From contig OZ024752.1 of the NCBI GenBank assembly GCA_964016885.1, positions 22,196,001 to 22,260,000 on the forward strand: a stretch of DNA of 64,000 nt, in the 5' to 3' direction. How positions within the stretch are numbered: the first letter of the stretch is position 1; each line of letters begins with the position of its first letter. Both the position numbers and the translations under genes were made by a program. The notes beneath the pieces were generated by a model. It did not search any database and was not told the origin of the DNA. It was given only the letters and a program-made list of their open reading frames with translations. Shown piece by piece: positions 28,201-41,494 of this stretch. Origin of the DNA: Eledone cirrhosa (lineage: Eukaryota).

Positions 28201-28803
28201 CTCTCCTGAGAGTATCTTCTCTGAAGACCTTCTGCTGTCCAGCTCTCCTGAGAGTTTCTTCTCTGAAGACCTTCTGCTGTCTAACTCTCCTGAGAGTATC
28301 TTCTCTGAAGACCTTCTGCTGTCCAGCTCTCCTGAGAGTATCTTCTCTGAAGACCTTCTGCTGTCCAGCTCTCCTGAGAGTATCTTCTCTGAAGACCTTC
28401 TGCTGTCCAGCTCTCCTGAGAGTATCTTCTCTGAAGACCTGCTGTCCAGCTCTCCTGAGAGTATCTTCTCTGAAGACCTTCTGCTGTCCAGCTCTCCTAA
28501 GAGTATCTTCTCTGAAGACCTTCTGCTGTCCAGCTCTCCTGAGAGTATCTTCTCTGAAGACCTTCTGCTGTCCAGCTCTCCTGAGAGTTTCTTCTCTGAA
28601 GACCTTCTGCTGTCTAACTCTCCTGAGAGTATCTTCTCTGAAGACCTTCTGCTGTCCAGCTCTCCTGAGAGTATCTTCTCTGAAGACCTTCTGCTGTCTA
28701 ACTCTCCTGAGAGTATCTTCTCTGAAGACCTTCTGCTGTCCAGCTCTCCTGAGAGTATCTTCTCTGAAGACCTTCTGCTGTCTAACTCTCCTGAGAGTAT
28801 CTT
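25215..28803. repeat. 42-bp minisatellite (about 85 units) in the intron before the micro-exon
   Basis: Unit TCTTCTCTGAAGACCTTCTGCTGTCCAGCTCTCCTGAGAGTA, with CTAAC variants and 39-bp variants. Confidence 0.97.
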
Positions 28804-28849
28804 ACCACTTAACCTTAGAATTGTTATTTTCCTTACTCATTAGTTTAAG

Positions 28850-28978
28850 GCTAGCTTTGCTTTTCATCTGTACAGGATTGATAAAATAAAGTACCAGTAA
28901 CACATTGGGGTCGATTTAATTGACTTTCCCTTTCCCTGAAAATTGTTGGCCTTGTGTCTAAATCAGAAACCATTATTA
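28850..28978 (+). mobile_element. 3' part of a second SINE family
   Basis: CTTTGCTTTTCATC...GATAAAATAAAGTACCAGT...GGGGTCGATTTAAT...AGAAACCATTATT, also seen at 40860-41190. Confidence 0.6.
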
Positions 28979-29005
28979 ACCTTAGAATAACACTTCTTTT
29001 AACAG

Positions 29006-29035
29006 GTTGCTTGGCAGAGATGGATCAAACACAGG
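29006..29035 (+). CDS. CNPY4: Canopy homolog 30-nt micro-exon
   Basis: TTTTAACAG|GTTGCTTGGCAGAG...CAGG|GTGAGA. Reads GCLAEMDQTQ and supplies the last conserved Cys (CLxE). Phase 1/1. Confidence 0.85.
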
Positions 29036-29723
29036 GTGAGACTGAACGTCTTTTTCATATTTCCTTTTAATTTTTAAAGATTTTTACCTGTTACTGGAAT
29101 GAATTGTAAATTCTTTCTATTGAAATGGTGACAAATGAGAGCTCTTTATGATTTTGTGATCTAGGCAATCAGACACTGTGCTTGTATAAGGAAGTATTGG
29201 GAAGGATTGTTTAGTTGTTGTTCAGTCCTAGTGCCAGCTAAACCCTTATCTAGCAGACCTATGATCATTCTGGCTATGTGATCCCTAATCTATTAGTGGT
29301 TATAGTTCAGAAAACACTTCTTAGTCCCTGATCCTTAGTCTATTGATGTCATCATCTTTTAACATCTATTTTAACATCTATTTTCCAAGCTTCCCTTGGT
29401 TAACATGCACTGAGGCTAGACGAGTCAGGTGTCTATGTCCTGTTCATATGGTCTGTTTTAGGTTTGGTTTCTATGGCTGGATTCCCTTCTTAATACCAAC
29501 AACTTTACAGGATGTACTAGGAGCATTTTATCATGACACCAGCTTTACTACTGTACAGAATGGGCTAGTATTTTTGTCAACGCAGCAGCACTACCAACTT
29601 ACAGTGTGAACTGGGAGTTTAGCAGAAAGATAATATTATGCCGTGTTGGCATAATATTAAAACGAAAAGGAATATAAGTTATTGTTGTTTTGTATATAGC
29701 ACATGAGGAGTTATCAGGCTAAT

Positions 29724-30084
29724 TGTTATAGCGAGAAATGTAACGTAGTTGAAAGTAAAATGTATGTTTGAATTAAAGAGGAATGTAAGAAGTTGTTGTA
29801 GTTCGGTAGTAGGTTTTGTAGCCATGAAAGAAGTATATCTGTTGCTGTATTAATAAGAACTCTGGAAAGGATTTTTCCATATCACATTTAAGGGCTATGG
29901 CTGTAGTAAAAATATTACAAGACCTTATGATATTTTACAAGTTTTATTTACAACCGATTACAAAGTGGTGTTGGGTCGACATGTCAAACAAAAGAACAAA
30001 CAAAATTAAGAGATAAGAAGTAAAGAAAGGCGCAGTGCCAGGCCGAAGGAGGCCGACAGGCCTAAGTGAAATCTCACTGTTACA
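29724..30084 (-). mobile_element. Probable solo LTR (gypsy-like)
   Basis: TGTTATAGCGAGA...TCTCACTGTTACA imperfect inverted termini, a 4-bp TAAT duplication on both sides, and AATAAA on the minus strand near 29945. Confidence 0.6.
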
Positions 30085-30498
30085 TAATGGTGTATTGACT
30101 TCTTAGAGTTAAAAGCAGCAAGAGGCTAGTTTAAACCAAAGAGGTGGGAAAATCTTTGAGCTAGCAGAAGTTGATATATATATCCATACATGGCTTATGA
30201 TTGGTCTAACTTTAGCCAAATCACGCCTAAATAGATTATTGATACACGCTATGCAAGTAGCTCTGCTACAGGAGCTTTTTATCATTTCACCAGCTTTACC
30301 ACTGTACAGAATGGGCTTGTGTGAACTTTGAGCATTTTTTGTGACTCTGGTAGTACCACCGTACAGGATAGACTGGTTGCTTTTTATCATGACACCAACA
30401 CTACAACTTTACAGGGTTGACAGAGTATTTTATCATGACTCTATCACTACCATCTTACAGAGTGGATTGGGTATTGGTGCCAGCATATATTCTTTTTA

Positions 30499-30655
30499 AA
30501 AATTGAATTAGAAGATCTCATCATAACTTTGATTAAATAAAATAGTGTGATAATAATGGGGCCTCAATTTTCCCATTCAGTTGGTTTATATGCCCTCTTA
30601 TTATTTGACTATTTTATTTAGTCACAGTTAGAGTGAGATCTTCTATTTCAATTTT
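30499..30655. mobile_element. Fold-back MITE-like element
   Basis: AAAATTGAATTAGAAGATCTCA...TGAGATCTTCTATTTCAATTTT, with arms pairing imperfectly almost to the centre. Confidence 0.6.
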
Positions 30656-30712
30656 CAAATTCCATTCACCATTTTCTAAAAGTGAGTATTTTATTTTTTT
30701 TAAGAAACCATA

Positions 30713-30941
30713 ACCCTTTCATGACTGCATTTCTAATGAAATACACTCTATTTTAATTAATTAATGAAGAATTTTAAGATATTAACTAACATTATAAATT
30801 ATTTCATTACTAAGTAACTTAATGTAAAGTTGTTACAGAAAATTATGTTGGAAGATTTTAATTTAAATTGGAAACCTTTGAAATGGGTGGTTTTATTTCA
30901 TAGAACCAGAGTCGGTTTTGGCCAGGTTGGTAACTAAAGGG
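30713..30941. mobile_element. Second TTAA-type MITE just upstream of the last exon
   Basis: (A)TAA|CCCTTT...AAAGGG|TTAA termini. Confidence 0.5.
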
Positions 30942-30972
30942 TTAATATGTCACTGATTATTTTTCTATCCAG

Positions 30973-31025
30973 ATATGAAATACCTGAAGGGTGAAGTAAA
31001 TGGAGGAACAAAAACTGAACTGTAG
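30973..31025 (+). CDS. CNPY4: Canopy homolog terminal coding exon with KTEL ER-retrieval signal
   Basis: TTTTCTATCCAG| then in-phase DMKYLKGEVNGGTKTEL*. A KDEL-like C-terminus is expected for an ER-lumenal canopy protein. Confidence 0.88.
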
Positions 31026-32073
31026 CAACGAAGCGCTGTGAAGCAGACTGGATCTCTGTACCAGTCTGTTGTTAATGTAACCCGTAATTCTGTTGACCAG
31101 ATAAACAAGCTGATATTGAACTAATATCTAATGTATTTTACAATGGACTTGAGAGTCACATTCTCTGTCACTGATCTCGTCTTCAACAGATTGTATTGTT
31201 TTTATATGTTCTTTCACGTTCTTGTTTCTCATACAGTGACTCTTTGTTGTTGTTTCCCCATCACATGTCAGCCATTAGGGTTTCTCTACCTTTGAGGGGC
31301 GATCATTTTTTTATTTTTTTGATTGCTTTTAAATCATACTGACCATTCAGTAATTATGTAGTCCTATTTGAATCTCTCCATGACATCTGTCTGGCCTACT
31401 GCTAAGACAGAAGCAGTGCTTCTTCAGTCAGCTGCTGTTGTTGTTGATGTTAACTGTTGCTGCTGTGATATTTGCTGCACTCTTATAGACATTCAACTGC
31501 TATCTTCACTTGAAAGAAGGTTTTTATTATCCCTACATATATGTAGCATACTGGTGTTGTATAGCTGTTATCCCCCATACACCATTCCACCATGATCTAA
31601 TGTTATCCCCACCACACCGCACCAGTCCACCATAATCTAATGTTCCCCCCCACCCCACCACACACACACACACACACACCACACCAACCCATCATAAGCT
31701 ATTTGCTATCATTCCAAATTTCACTTTCGTTTTCCACACCTCACACTTGTTGCCCCGCCCCCTCCACATGTGTAACCACACCTCACAGTTGTTGCTCCAC
31801 CCCTACTCTGTCCTTTACAAATTAAATCATACCTATTTGTTGACCCCCATACAACCAACGGATCCTTATCAGACTGCTGTTTCTTCTTACTAAAAGCTGT
31901 TTATCTGCTCATTATCCTCTCAACATATTTTATTCCAGACACCTTTATCCCATAAATCCTCTGTTGTCTCACACCAAACCAGATCTTTAACTCAACCTCC
32001 CCATTATTTCTATTTACATCTAATGGACTGTAGCTCCTCCCATACTTATTATTCACAACTTGAAAGACTCTTT

Positions 32074-34376
32074 ACATCTAGGACTACTGTAACATCTAGC
32101 TCTACAGTAACATTTAGGTCTATTGTAACATCTAAGTCTACTGTAACATCTAGGTCTATTGTAACATCTAGGTCTACTGTAACATCTAGGTCTAATGTAA
32201 CATCTAGGTTTACTGTAACATCTAGGTATACTGTAACATCTAGGTCTACTGTAACATCTAGGTCCATTGTAACATCTAGGTCTACTGTAACATCTAGGTT
32301 TACTGTAACATCTAGGTATACTGTAACATCTAGGTCTATTGTAACATCTAGGTCTACTGTAACATCTAGGTCTACTGTAACATTTAGGTCTATTGTAACA
32401 TCTAGGTCTACTGTAACATCTAGGTCTACTGTAACATCTAGGTCTACTGTAACATTTAGGTATACTGTAACATCTAGGTCTACTGTAACATCTAGGTCTA
32501 TTGTAACATCTAAGTCTACTGTAACATCTAGGTCTATTGTAACATCTAGGTCCATTGTAACATCTAGGTCTATTGTAACATCTAGGTCTATTGTAACATC
32601 TAGGTATACTGTAACATCTAGGTCTATTGTAACATCTAGGTCTACTGTAACATCTAGGTCTATTGTAACATCTAGGTCTACTGTAACATCTAGGTCTACT
32701 GTAACATCTAGGTCTATTGTAACATCTAGGTCTACTGTAACATCTAGGTCTACTGTAACATCTAGGTATACTGTAACATCTAGGTCTACTGTAACATCTA
32801 GGTATACTGTAACATCTAGGTCTATTGTAACATCTAGGTCTATTGTAACATCTAGGTCTACTGTAACATCTAGGTCTACTGTAACATCTAGGTCTATTGT
32901 AACATCTAGGTCTACTGTAACATTTAGGTCTATTGTAACATCTAGGTCTACTGTAACATCTAGGTCTATTGTAACATCTAGGTCTACTGTAACATCTAGG
33001 TCTATTGTAACATCTAAGTCTACTGTAACATCTAGGTTTACTGTAACATCTAGGTCTACTGTAACATCTAGGTCTATTGTAACATCTAGGTCTACTGTAA
33101 CATCTAGGTCTATTGTAACATCTAGGTCTACTGTAACATCTAGGTATACTGTAACATCTAGGTCTACTGTAACATCTAGGTCTATTGTAACATCTAGGTC
33201 TACTGTAACATCTAGGTCTATTGTAACATCTAAGTTTACTGTAACATCTAGGTCTACTGTAACATCTAGGTCTATTGTAACATCTAGGTCTACTGTAACA
33301 TCTAGGTCTATTGTAACATCTAGGTCCATTGTAACATCTAGGTCTACTGTAACATCTAGGTCTATTGTAACATCTAGGTCTATTGTAACATCTAGGTCTA
33401 TTGTAACATCTAGGTCTATTGTAACATCTAGGTCTACTGTAACATCTAGGTCTATTGTAACATCTAGGTCTATTGTAACATCTAGGTCTACTGTAACATC
33501 TAGGTCTATTGTAACATCTAGGTCTACTGTAACATCTAGGTCTATTGTAACATCTAGGTCTACTGTAACATCTAGGTCTACTGTAACATCTAGGTCTATT
33601 GTAACATCTAGGTCTATTGTAACATCTAGGTCTACTGTAACATCTAGGTCTATTGTAACATCTAGGTCTATTGTAACATCTAGGTCTACTGTAACATCTA
33701 GGTCTATTGTAACATCTAGGTCTATTGTAACATCTAGGTCTACTGTAACATCTAGGTCTATTGTAACATCTAGGTCCATTGTAACATCTAGGTCTATTGT
33801 AACATCTAGGTCTACTGTAACATCTAGGTCTATTGTAACATCTAGGTCTATTGTAACATCTAGGTCTACTGTAACATCTAGGTCTATTGTAACATCTAGG
33901 TCTACTGTAACATCTAGGTCTATTGTAACATCTAGGTCTACTGTAACATCTAGGTCTACTGTAACATCTAGGTCTATTGTAACATCTAGGTCTATTGTAA
34001 CATCTAGGTCTACTGTAACATCTAGGTCTATTGTAACATCTAGGTCTATTGTAACATCTAGGTCTATTGTAACATCTAGGTCTACTGTAACATCTAGGTA
34101 TACTGTAACATCCAGGTCTATTGTAACATCTAGGTCTATTGTAACATCTAGGTCTATTGTAACATCTAGGTCTATTGTAACATCTAGGTCTATTGTAACA
34201 TCTAGGTCTATTGTAACATCTAGGTATACTGTAACATCCAGATCTATTGTAACATCTAGGTCTATTGTAACATCTAGGTCTACTGTAACATCTAGGTCTA
34301 CTGTAACATCTAGGTCTATTGTAACATCTAGGTCTACTGTAACATCTAGGTCTACTGTAACATCTAGGTTTACTGT
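32074..34376. repeat. 18-bp minisatellite (about 128 units)
   Basis: Unit TGTAACATCTAGGTCTA(C/T), with no indels seen. Confidence 0.98.
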
Positions 34377-35602
34377 TGCAAATATCCATATGTATCACAA
34401 CCAGATGGGGGAAATGCAGTTATCAACTGCACCTCATCATCATACATATTTAGTCTGGAAAGCTTCTGTGGCACTAATGTCCAGTCTTTTTATATTATTG
34501 TTACAAACCATAAGTCAACACTGCTGGAAATTGATGTTAGTTTTAGTAAAGGGAACTGTAAATAATCACATTGTTGTTTTTGTTCCCTATAACATGGATA
34601 TATTTCTCACCAAATTGAAAGAAGAGGAGTTGGCAGTTTCTGCTTCTTTTTTTTCTTTCTTTTCTTTAAATACACACACACACACATATATAATCGATAA
34701 TATCCCAGACCTCACTCACTTACCGAGTAAGGTGGAACTTGTCAAATCACACCAAGGAAACAATGTTTCTATTAGTCTTTCCATTGCTGATACTATCTAC
34801 TGGTTGCAACTCCTGGCAGAATATATATATATATTAGTGGCCAAATTTCCTTCAACTAACTACATACTGTCTTCAAACCATGTTTTAGTCATAAGATAAC
34901 ATGTCCCCCAAAATAAGTGCAGACGAGCCGCCTATAGAATTGCTCAGAGGTTACCCTTCAAGGTTGACTTCAACAGTATTACTCAGCAACAACAGCGACA
35001 TCAAATCTATGAGCCATCAATGACACTTTTGTATAGTTACTGATTTGCATAATATAGCAGCCAAATATATCATCTAACAAACTACATTACTATCTTTTTA
35101 AATGAAGGAACTACATGTTTAAATTGCTAAGTCCAAAGATAATCCTTCTCACTTTCCTCTCCTAAAATAAGATAGCTATGTTTAGAAGACTAATCATGTT
35201 TTGAAATTTTACTTGAACTCACATCAAATCTATTTATGTTTTGGTGTATTGTATTTGTGTCATTTCTTACCCACTTTAAGCTGTCTCAATATCATGGGTC
35301 TTTCTAAATAGGGTTGACCAGGCAACATCAAACTCAACAACAACAAGGACACCCCCATTTGCACTGTAATGGCCTGTTAACTGTTCTGATGTGTGGCTTT
35401 ATCTAAACTTTAGTACATCTCTTGAAGAAGGAATTAAAGTATTTCTACACAGAATGGCAGGGAAATATCCTGTAAAGACTGGCAACTAAACTATACAAGG
35501 TTTCTTACTTACTATGTTTGATATTTTAGTATTGAAGTGTGTGTATGTCAGTGGCATACTGTGTATGTTGAAATAGGGTGTGCTGAATTTAATAATGATT
35601 AA

Positions 35603-35796
35603 CCCTTTAGCATTTAAACCGGCCGTATCTGGCCAGAGTTCTCTTACCTCTTTCTGTTCAAACCAGCTGAAACTGGCCACTCATATTGTTCTCAAAATAA
35701 ATAATATCAAAATCTCATAGATTCAATATTATGTGATATAATTATGTAAGGTAAAGCTTTTACTATGAAAATATAATAGTAAATGTAGAGTAAAGG
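35603..35796. mobile_element. piggyBac-type (TTAA) MITE, inverted copy of 19850-20041
   Basis: TTAA|CCCTTTAGCATTTAAACC...GTAAAGG|TTAA, with an internal match to the other copy. Confidence 0.72.
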
Positions 35797-36039
35797 TTAA
35801 ACCTGAACATTGTATATATGTCATATATGTAAGTAAATGATGATAATACTTTAACACTGCAGAAAATATGAAAGACATAGGATAAGTATAGTGGTGTGTT
35901 ATTACTGTATTTACCCTATAACACACAACTATGCTAAATATTAATATTTAACTCTATATAACTCTATAACTATGCTCTATAACTACACTACTTTCACTCT
36001 TCATAATACCCAATAGTGTTGTGAACCTCTTTTGGGTCC

Positions 36040-36325
36040 AACAAGGAGTGTTCCAGTAGCTTGATCAACAGAACAGCATGCTCATGAAATTAATGTGCAA
36101 TTTCTTAAGCATTCCAACAACATGTCTACCCTTAATATAATTCTTTGGGAGATAGTGTGTGAGTGTGACAAGGCTGGCTTGTTGAATTACAGGTACAACT
36201 CATTTGAGTCGACTGGAGCAATGTGAAATAAAGTGTCTTACTCAAAGACACAATGCACAGCCAGGAATAGAACTCATGACCTTAAAATCATGAGCCAAAT
36301 GCTATAACCACTAAGCCATGTGCCT
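36040..36325 (-). mobile_element. tRNA-derived SINE
   Basis: Reverse-complement head GGCACATGGCTTAGTGGTTA (A box) plus the CORE-like domain. Confidence 0.7.
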
Positions 36326-36333
36326 AGTACTAT

Positions 36334-36780
36334 TGTTGCAGTAATTTGATACTCTCTTCAATTGAGTTTCATTCGATCTTATTAAGTGGCCACCAAAAAC
36401 TTGACCTTCATGGTCTCATAGATAAGTTTCTAATACAGTATTTACAGTTTTTGTAATAAGATGATAGTCATCTGTCTGGCAGTGAGAGAGAACTACAGGA
36501 GTCTCTGTGATATAGTGGCTACATCTTACCTGGTTGAAATACTTTCTGCAACTCTTTTGTGTTGACTTGATGGCTGCTATTTATTAGAATCACTCATTCT
36601 TTCTTCAGAACTTAAAAATAGACAGATACTAATTTTTATGTCATAATCATAGACACGGTGATGTCTAAAAAACGATTACAATAAAAACTTATCAATGGGG
36701 CCACACAAGGTCAAGTCTTTGGTGGCTGCTCGATAGAGTGAATGAAACTCTTTTGAAGAGAGTATCAAATTACTGCTACA
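36334..36780. mobile_element. MITE with about 75-bp imperfect TIRs
   Basis: GCAGTAATTTGATACTCTCTTCAA...GACCTT versus AAGGTC...TTGAAGAGAGTATCAAATTACTGC. Confidence 0.7.
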
Positions 36781-37345
36781 CTATAGTTTAAACCTGCAGG
36801 ATACTGTGATGAGATAAACTTGATCATTGTTAACATAAAATAGATATATTTAGTTGAGAATAAATAGTGCAGAACATATGAAATATATACAAGTAGTATA
36901 GCAGAGTGTAAACAACACAGTCTACACTAAACTATATTATAAATAGAACTTATTTAAAACATAGTATACTCTCTATATGATATTAAATAGTGTGAAATCG
37001 ATAGATATTGTATAGAAGTATATTTGTAGGTGTACATTCTGAATATATTCACACTTGTACTACACCACATAAATATCAAAATGACAGTATATTTTATCTA
37101 TAAATGCTATATATAGTAGGATATTGGTTAAACCCCTTTATACTAGACTACAGCTGACATGTGTAATATATTTCACCCGAAATGCTGTATGGTTAAATGA
37201 GAATATATCTTCATAAATAGTTCAGAAAATATGAAGTAGAATAATTGGGTAAGCAGTTTATATGATAAGCATGTAATCTTCCAATAACACTGGGGTATCA
37301 ACTAAGTAACACCCTCTGGTTTGGCAAGGAGAATCTGTTTTGTTG

Positions 37346-37381
<36 letters not shown>

Positions 37382-37678
37382 TGCTTTAGTTGCATTAACA
37401 TTCTTGGTAATGCTTGTTACCAACATCTCATTGTATTGGAAATACATCTACTGTCTTAATCTATCAACTTCACATGTAGCAGTACAAATTATTGGAATTT
37501 GAACCCTGAAGATAGTGAGGTGTAGGGTTTATATTGATTATTTATAAATGTAAAACATTTATAGATGTGTATACTCTATTGTAATGTAGTTGATATGAAT
37601 ATTTTACTTACAATTGATAAACTGGTTAGATTGTAATTTCATAACTTCTGTCAGTGTGAGGTGCAGTGGTGTACATTC

Positions 37679-39933
37679 CATACACCTGTAATATATCTCT
37701 CTCATGATATATATTATACACCTGTAATATATCTCTCTCATGATATATATTATACACCTGTAATATATCTCTCTCATGATATATATTATACACCTGTAAT
37801 ATATCTCTCTCATGATATATATTATACACCTGTAATATATCTCTCTCATGATATATATTATACACCTGTAATATATCTCTCATGATATATATTATACACC
37901 TGTAATATATCTCTCATGATATATATTATACACCTGTAATATATATCTCTCATGATATATATTATACACCTGTAATATATGTCTCATGATATATATTATA
38001 CACCTGTAATATATATCTCTCATGATATATATTATACACCTGTAATATATATCTCTCATGATATATATTATGCACCTGTAATATATGTCTCATGATATAT
38101 ATTATACACCTGTAATATATCTCTCTCATGATATATATTATACACCTGTAATATATCTCACTCATGATATATATTATGCACCTGTAATATATATCTCTCA
38201 TGATATATATTATACACCTGTAATATATCTCTCTCATGATATATATTATACACCTGTAATATATGTCTCTCATGATATATATTATACACCTGTAATATAT
38301 CTCTCATGATATATATTATACACCTGTAATATATGTCTCATGATATATATTATACACCTGTAATATATCTCTCATGATATATATTATGCACCTGTAATAT
38401 ATGTCTCATGATATATATTATACACCTGTAATATATCTCTCTCATGATATATATTATACACCTGTAATATATCTCACTCATGATATATATTATGCACCTG
38501 TAATATATCTCTCTCATGATATATATTATACACCTGTAATATATCTCTCTCATGATATATATTATACACCTGTAATATATGTCTCTCATGATATATATTA
38601 TACACCTGTAATATATCTCTCATGATATATATTATACACCTGTAATATATCTCTCATGATATATATTATACACCTGTAATATATCTCTCTCATGATATAT
38701 ATTATATACCTGTAATATATGTCTCATGATATATATTATACACCTGTAATATATCTCTCATGATATATATTATACACCTGTAATATATGTCTCTCATGAT
38801 ATATATTATACACCTGTAATATATCTCTCATGATATATATTATACACCTGTAATATATCTCTCTCATGATATATATTATACACCTGTAATATATCTCTCT
38901 CATGATATATATTATACACCTGTAATATATGTCTCTCATGATATATATTATACACCTGTAATATATCTCTCTCATGATATATATTATACACCTGTAATAT
39001 ATGTCTCATGATATATATTATGCACCTGTAATATATATCTCTCATGATATATATTATACACCTGTAATATATCTCTCATGATATATATTATACACCTGTA
39101 ATATATCTCTCATGATATATATTATACACCTGTAATATATCTCTCATGATATATATTATGCACCTGTAATATATATCTCTCATGATATATATTATACACC
39201 TGTAATATATCTCACTCATGATATATATTATACACCTGTAATATATCTCTCTCATGATATATATTATACACCTGTAATATATCTCACTCATGATATATAA
39301 TATACACCTGTAATATATATCTCTCATGATATATATTATACACCTGTAATATATCTCTCATGATATATATTATACACCTGTAATATATGTCTCTCATGAT
39401 ATATATTATACACCTGTAATATATCTCACTCATGATATATAATATACACCTGTAATATATCTCTCATGATATATATTATACACCTGTAATATGTCTCTCA
39501 TGATATATATTATACACCTGTAATATATCTCACTCATGATATATATTATACACCTGTAATATATCTCTCATGATATATATTATGCACCTGTAATATATGT
39601 CTCTCATGATATATATTATACACCTGTAATATATATCTCTCATGATATATATTATGCACCTGTAATATATGTCTCATGATATATATTATACACCTGTAAT
39701 ATATGTCTCATGATATATATTATACACCTGTAATATATCTCTCTCATGATATATATTATACACCTGTAATATATCTCTCATGATATATATTATACACCTG
39801 TAATATATCTCTCATGATATATATTATACACCTGTAATATATCTCTCTCATGATATATATTATACGCCTGTAATATATATCTCTCATGATATATATTATG
39901 CACCTGTAATATATGTCTCTCATGATATATATT
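37679..39933. repeat. 36/34-bp AT-rich minisatellite; degenerate units continue at 40220-40350
   Basis: Unit TACACCTGTAATATATCTCT(CT)CATGATATATATTA. Confidence 0.97.
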
Positions 39934-40219
39934 CTAAAGTCTAAAGTCTGTCTTAAGCCAGAAGGCTCATTTGGCCGGTGCTTATCCCGGTTTCATGCCG
40001 TGAATCAACTGAGACTACACGACTTCCCCCTGGAGAGGACACCAGTCCATCGCAGGGTTAACCCTCCAGCAATTGCTGGTACTCATTTTTAGCTGAGTAT
40101 ACTGGAGCAATGTGAAATGAAGTGTTTTGCTCAAGAACACAACACGCAACCCAGGAATCGAATCCACGACATTATGATCGCAAGTCCAACACCCTTACCA
40201 CTAGGCCACGTGCCTCCAC
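39934..40219 (-). mobile_element. Full-length tRNA-derived SINE with 11-bp TSD
   Basis: Head GTGGAGGCACGTGGCCTAGTGG...GATTCGATTCC, CORE-like domain and (ACTTTAG)2 tail. TGATATATATT is duplicated at 39923-33 and 40220-30. Confidence 0.88.
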
Positions 40220-40534
40220 TGATATATATTATACACCAGTAATATATCTATCATGATATATATTATATACCTATAATTATAATATGTATTATGATATATA
40301 TTCCATACACCTGTAATTATGATATATATCTTTCATGATATATATTATAATACTTACAATACTAATATAAGCATGTATGTATATTTGTCTTCCATCACCA
40401 AAATGAATGTTGATATTTTTTTTAATGATTTCACACGAAATAAAATGTTATCGATGTTATTAATTTTTTGTGTTTGTGATTATTTTATTGCTGTGGTTGA
40501 TAAAATAGGGCTTTCTACAGCACTGTATTTACAA

Positions 40535-40831
40535 CAGTGGTTCCCAACCTTTTGTGCCCCACCTCAACATTTCAAAAATTGTTATCCCCTGCCCCCCATT
40601 TATATGAAAACAGCAATGATCAACTGCAAAGTGTAAAGAAATTGGTGTATAGGTGGTGCCAGATACACAATAACATGTGTGGAGGAGGTGAGACAGGAGT
40701 TTCTGACAGTAATGTGCACTTAAGTTGCCTTGGTGTAAAAGTAATAAAGTAAAACCTGAGGTTTGTTTTCATTAACATCATTTTCAAATGGCCCCCTTAA
40801 ATATTCAACTTGCACCCCACGGGAATCACTG
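40535..40831. mobile_element. hAT-Charlie-like MITE
   Basis: CAGTGGTTCCC...GGGAATCACTG termini with similar 8-bp flanks ATTTACAA / GTTTACAG. Confidence 0.65.
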
Positions 40832-40859
40832 GTTTACAGTGTACATAATTGGAGACATA

Positions 40860-41190
40860 TGCTGAGGTAAGTTTTGCCTTCCATCTATCCAGGGTTGTTA
40901 AAATATCTGTTATCGTACCTGTCATTTACTGATGTTGTTTTAATCGACTTTCCCCTTCACCCCCAAAACTGCTGGCTTTGTGTCTAAATTAGAAATCATT
41001 ATTATTGTGGATTGGCAGTATTGGTAGATGGTCGGACGCCATGCTTTGATGCAAAGAGTTACGGCCTTTTCCATTATGAGTTCAAATCCCGCCGAGGTTG
41101 ACTTTGCCTTTCCTCCTTACGGGGTCGATAAAATGAAGTACCAGTAATGTACTGGGTAATTACTGGCCTTGTGCCAAAAGTAGAAACAAT
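40860..41190 (+). mobile_element. Two adjacent copies of the second SINE family
   Basis: B-box GAGTTCAAATCCC; GAGGTTGACTTTGCCTTTC...AAGTACCAGT...TAGAAAC body present twice. Confidence 0.65.
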
Positions 41191-41494
41191 TATATTTCAT
41201 CTGCCTGTTCGTGTTTGTCTTAGTATATGTGTGTGAGTGTAGCAACGATTTATTCCTTTGGACACCCAACAAAAAATTACACAATGAATATTGTTTACCC
41301 TAAGGTGCTTCAAGATTGACATTTTCATTTCTAAATTCTATTATCATTATAATTTTGATATTGTTTTTATAAAATATAGATATTTTGAAATAATTATGAG
41401 AAAATAAAAACATATCTTGTTGCCTAATCTGAATAAGAACCGCAGTAATCCGAGCAACCTGGGTAATTCAGCTAGTATATATATGTACATATTT

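Noticed and set aside
25203-28889. 1228-aa Cys-rich ORF as a stand-alone gene
   Set aside because: TTG start, lies inside an intron, and is fully explained by a stop-free 42-bp unit with DNA-level homogeneity.
32023-34899. 958-aa mucin-like ORF and two antisense ORFs
   Set aside because: Product of the 18-bp minisatellite; no signal peptide, and the flanking translation is not protein-like.
37604-39327. Repeated MREIYYRCIIYI-type ORFs
   Set aside because: Translations of the 36/34-bp array, broken by 2-bp indels.
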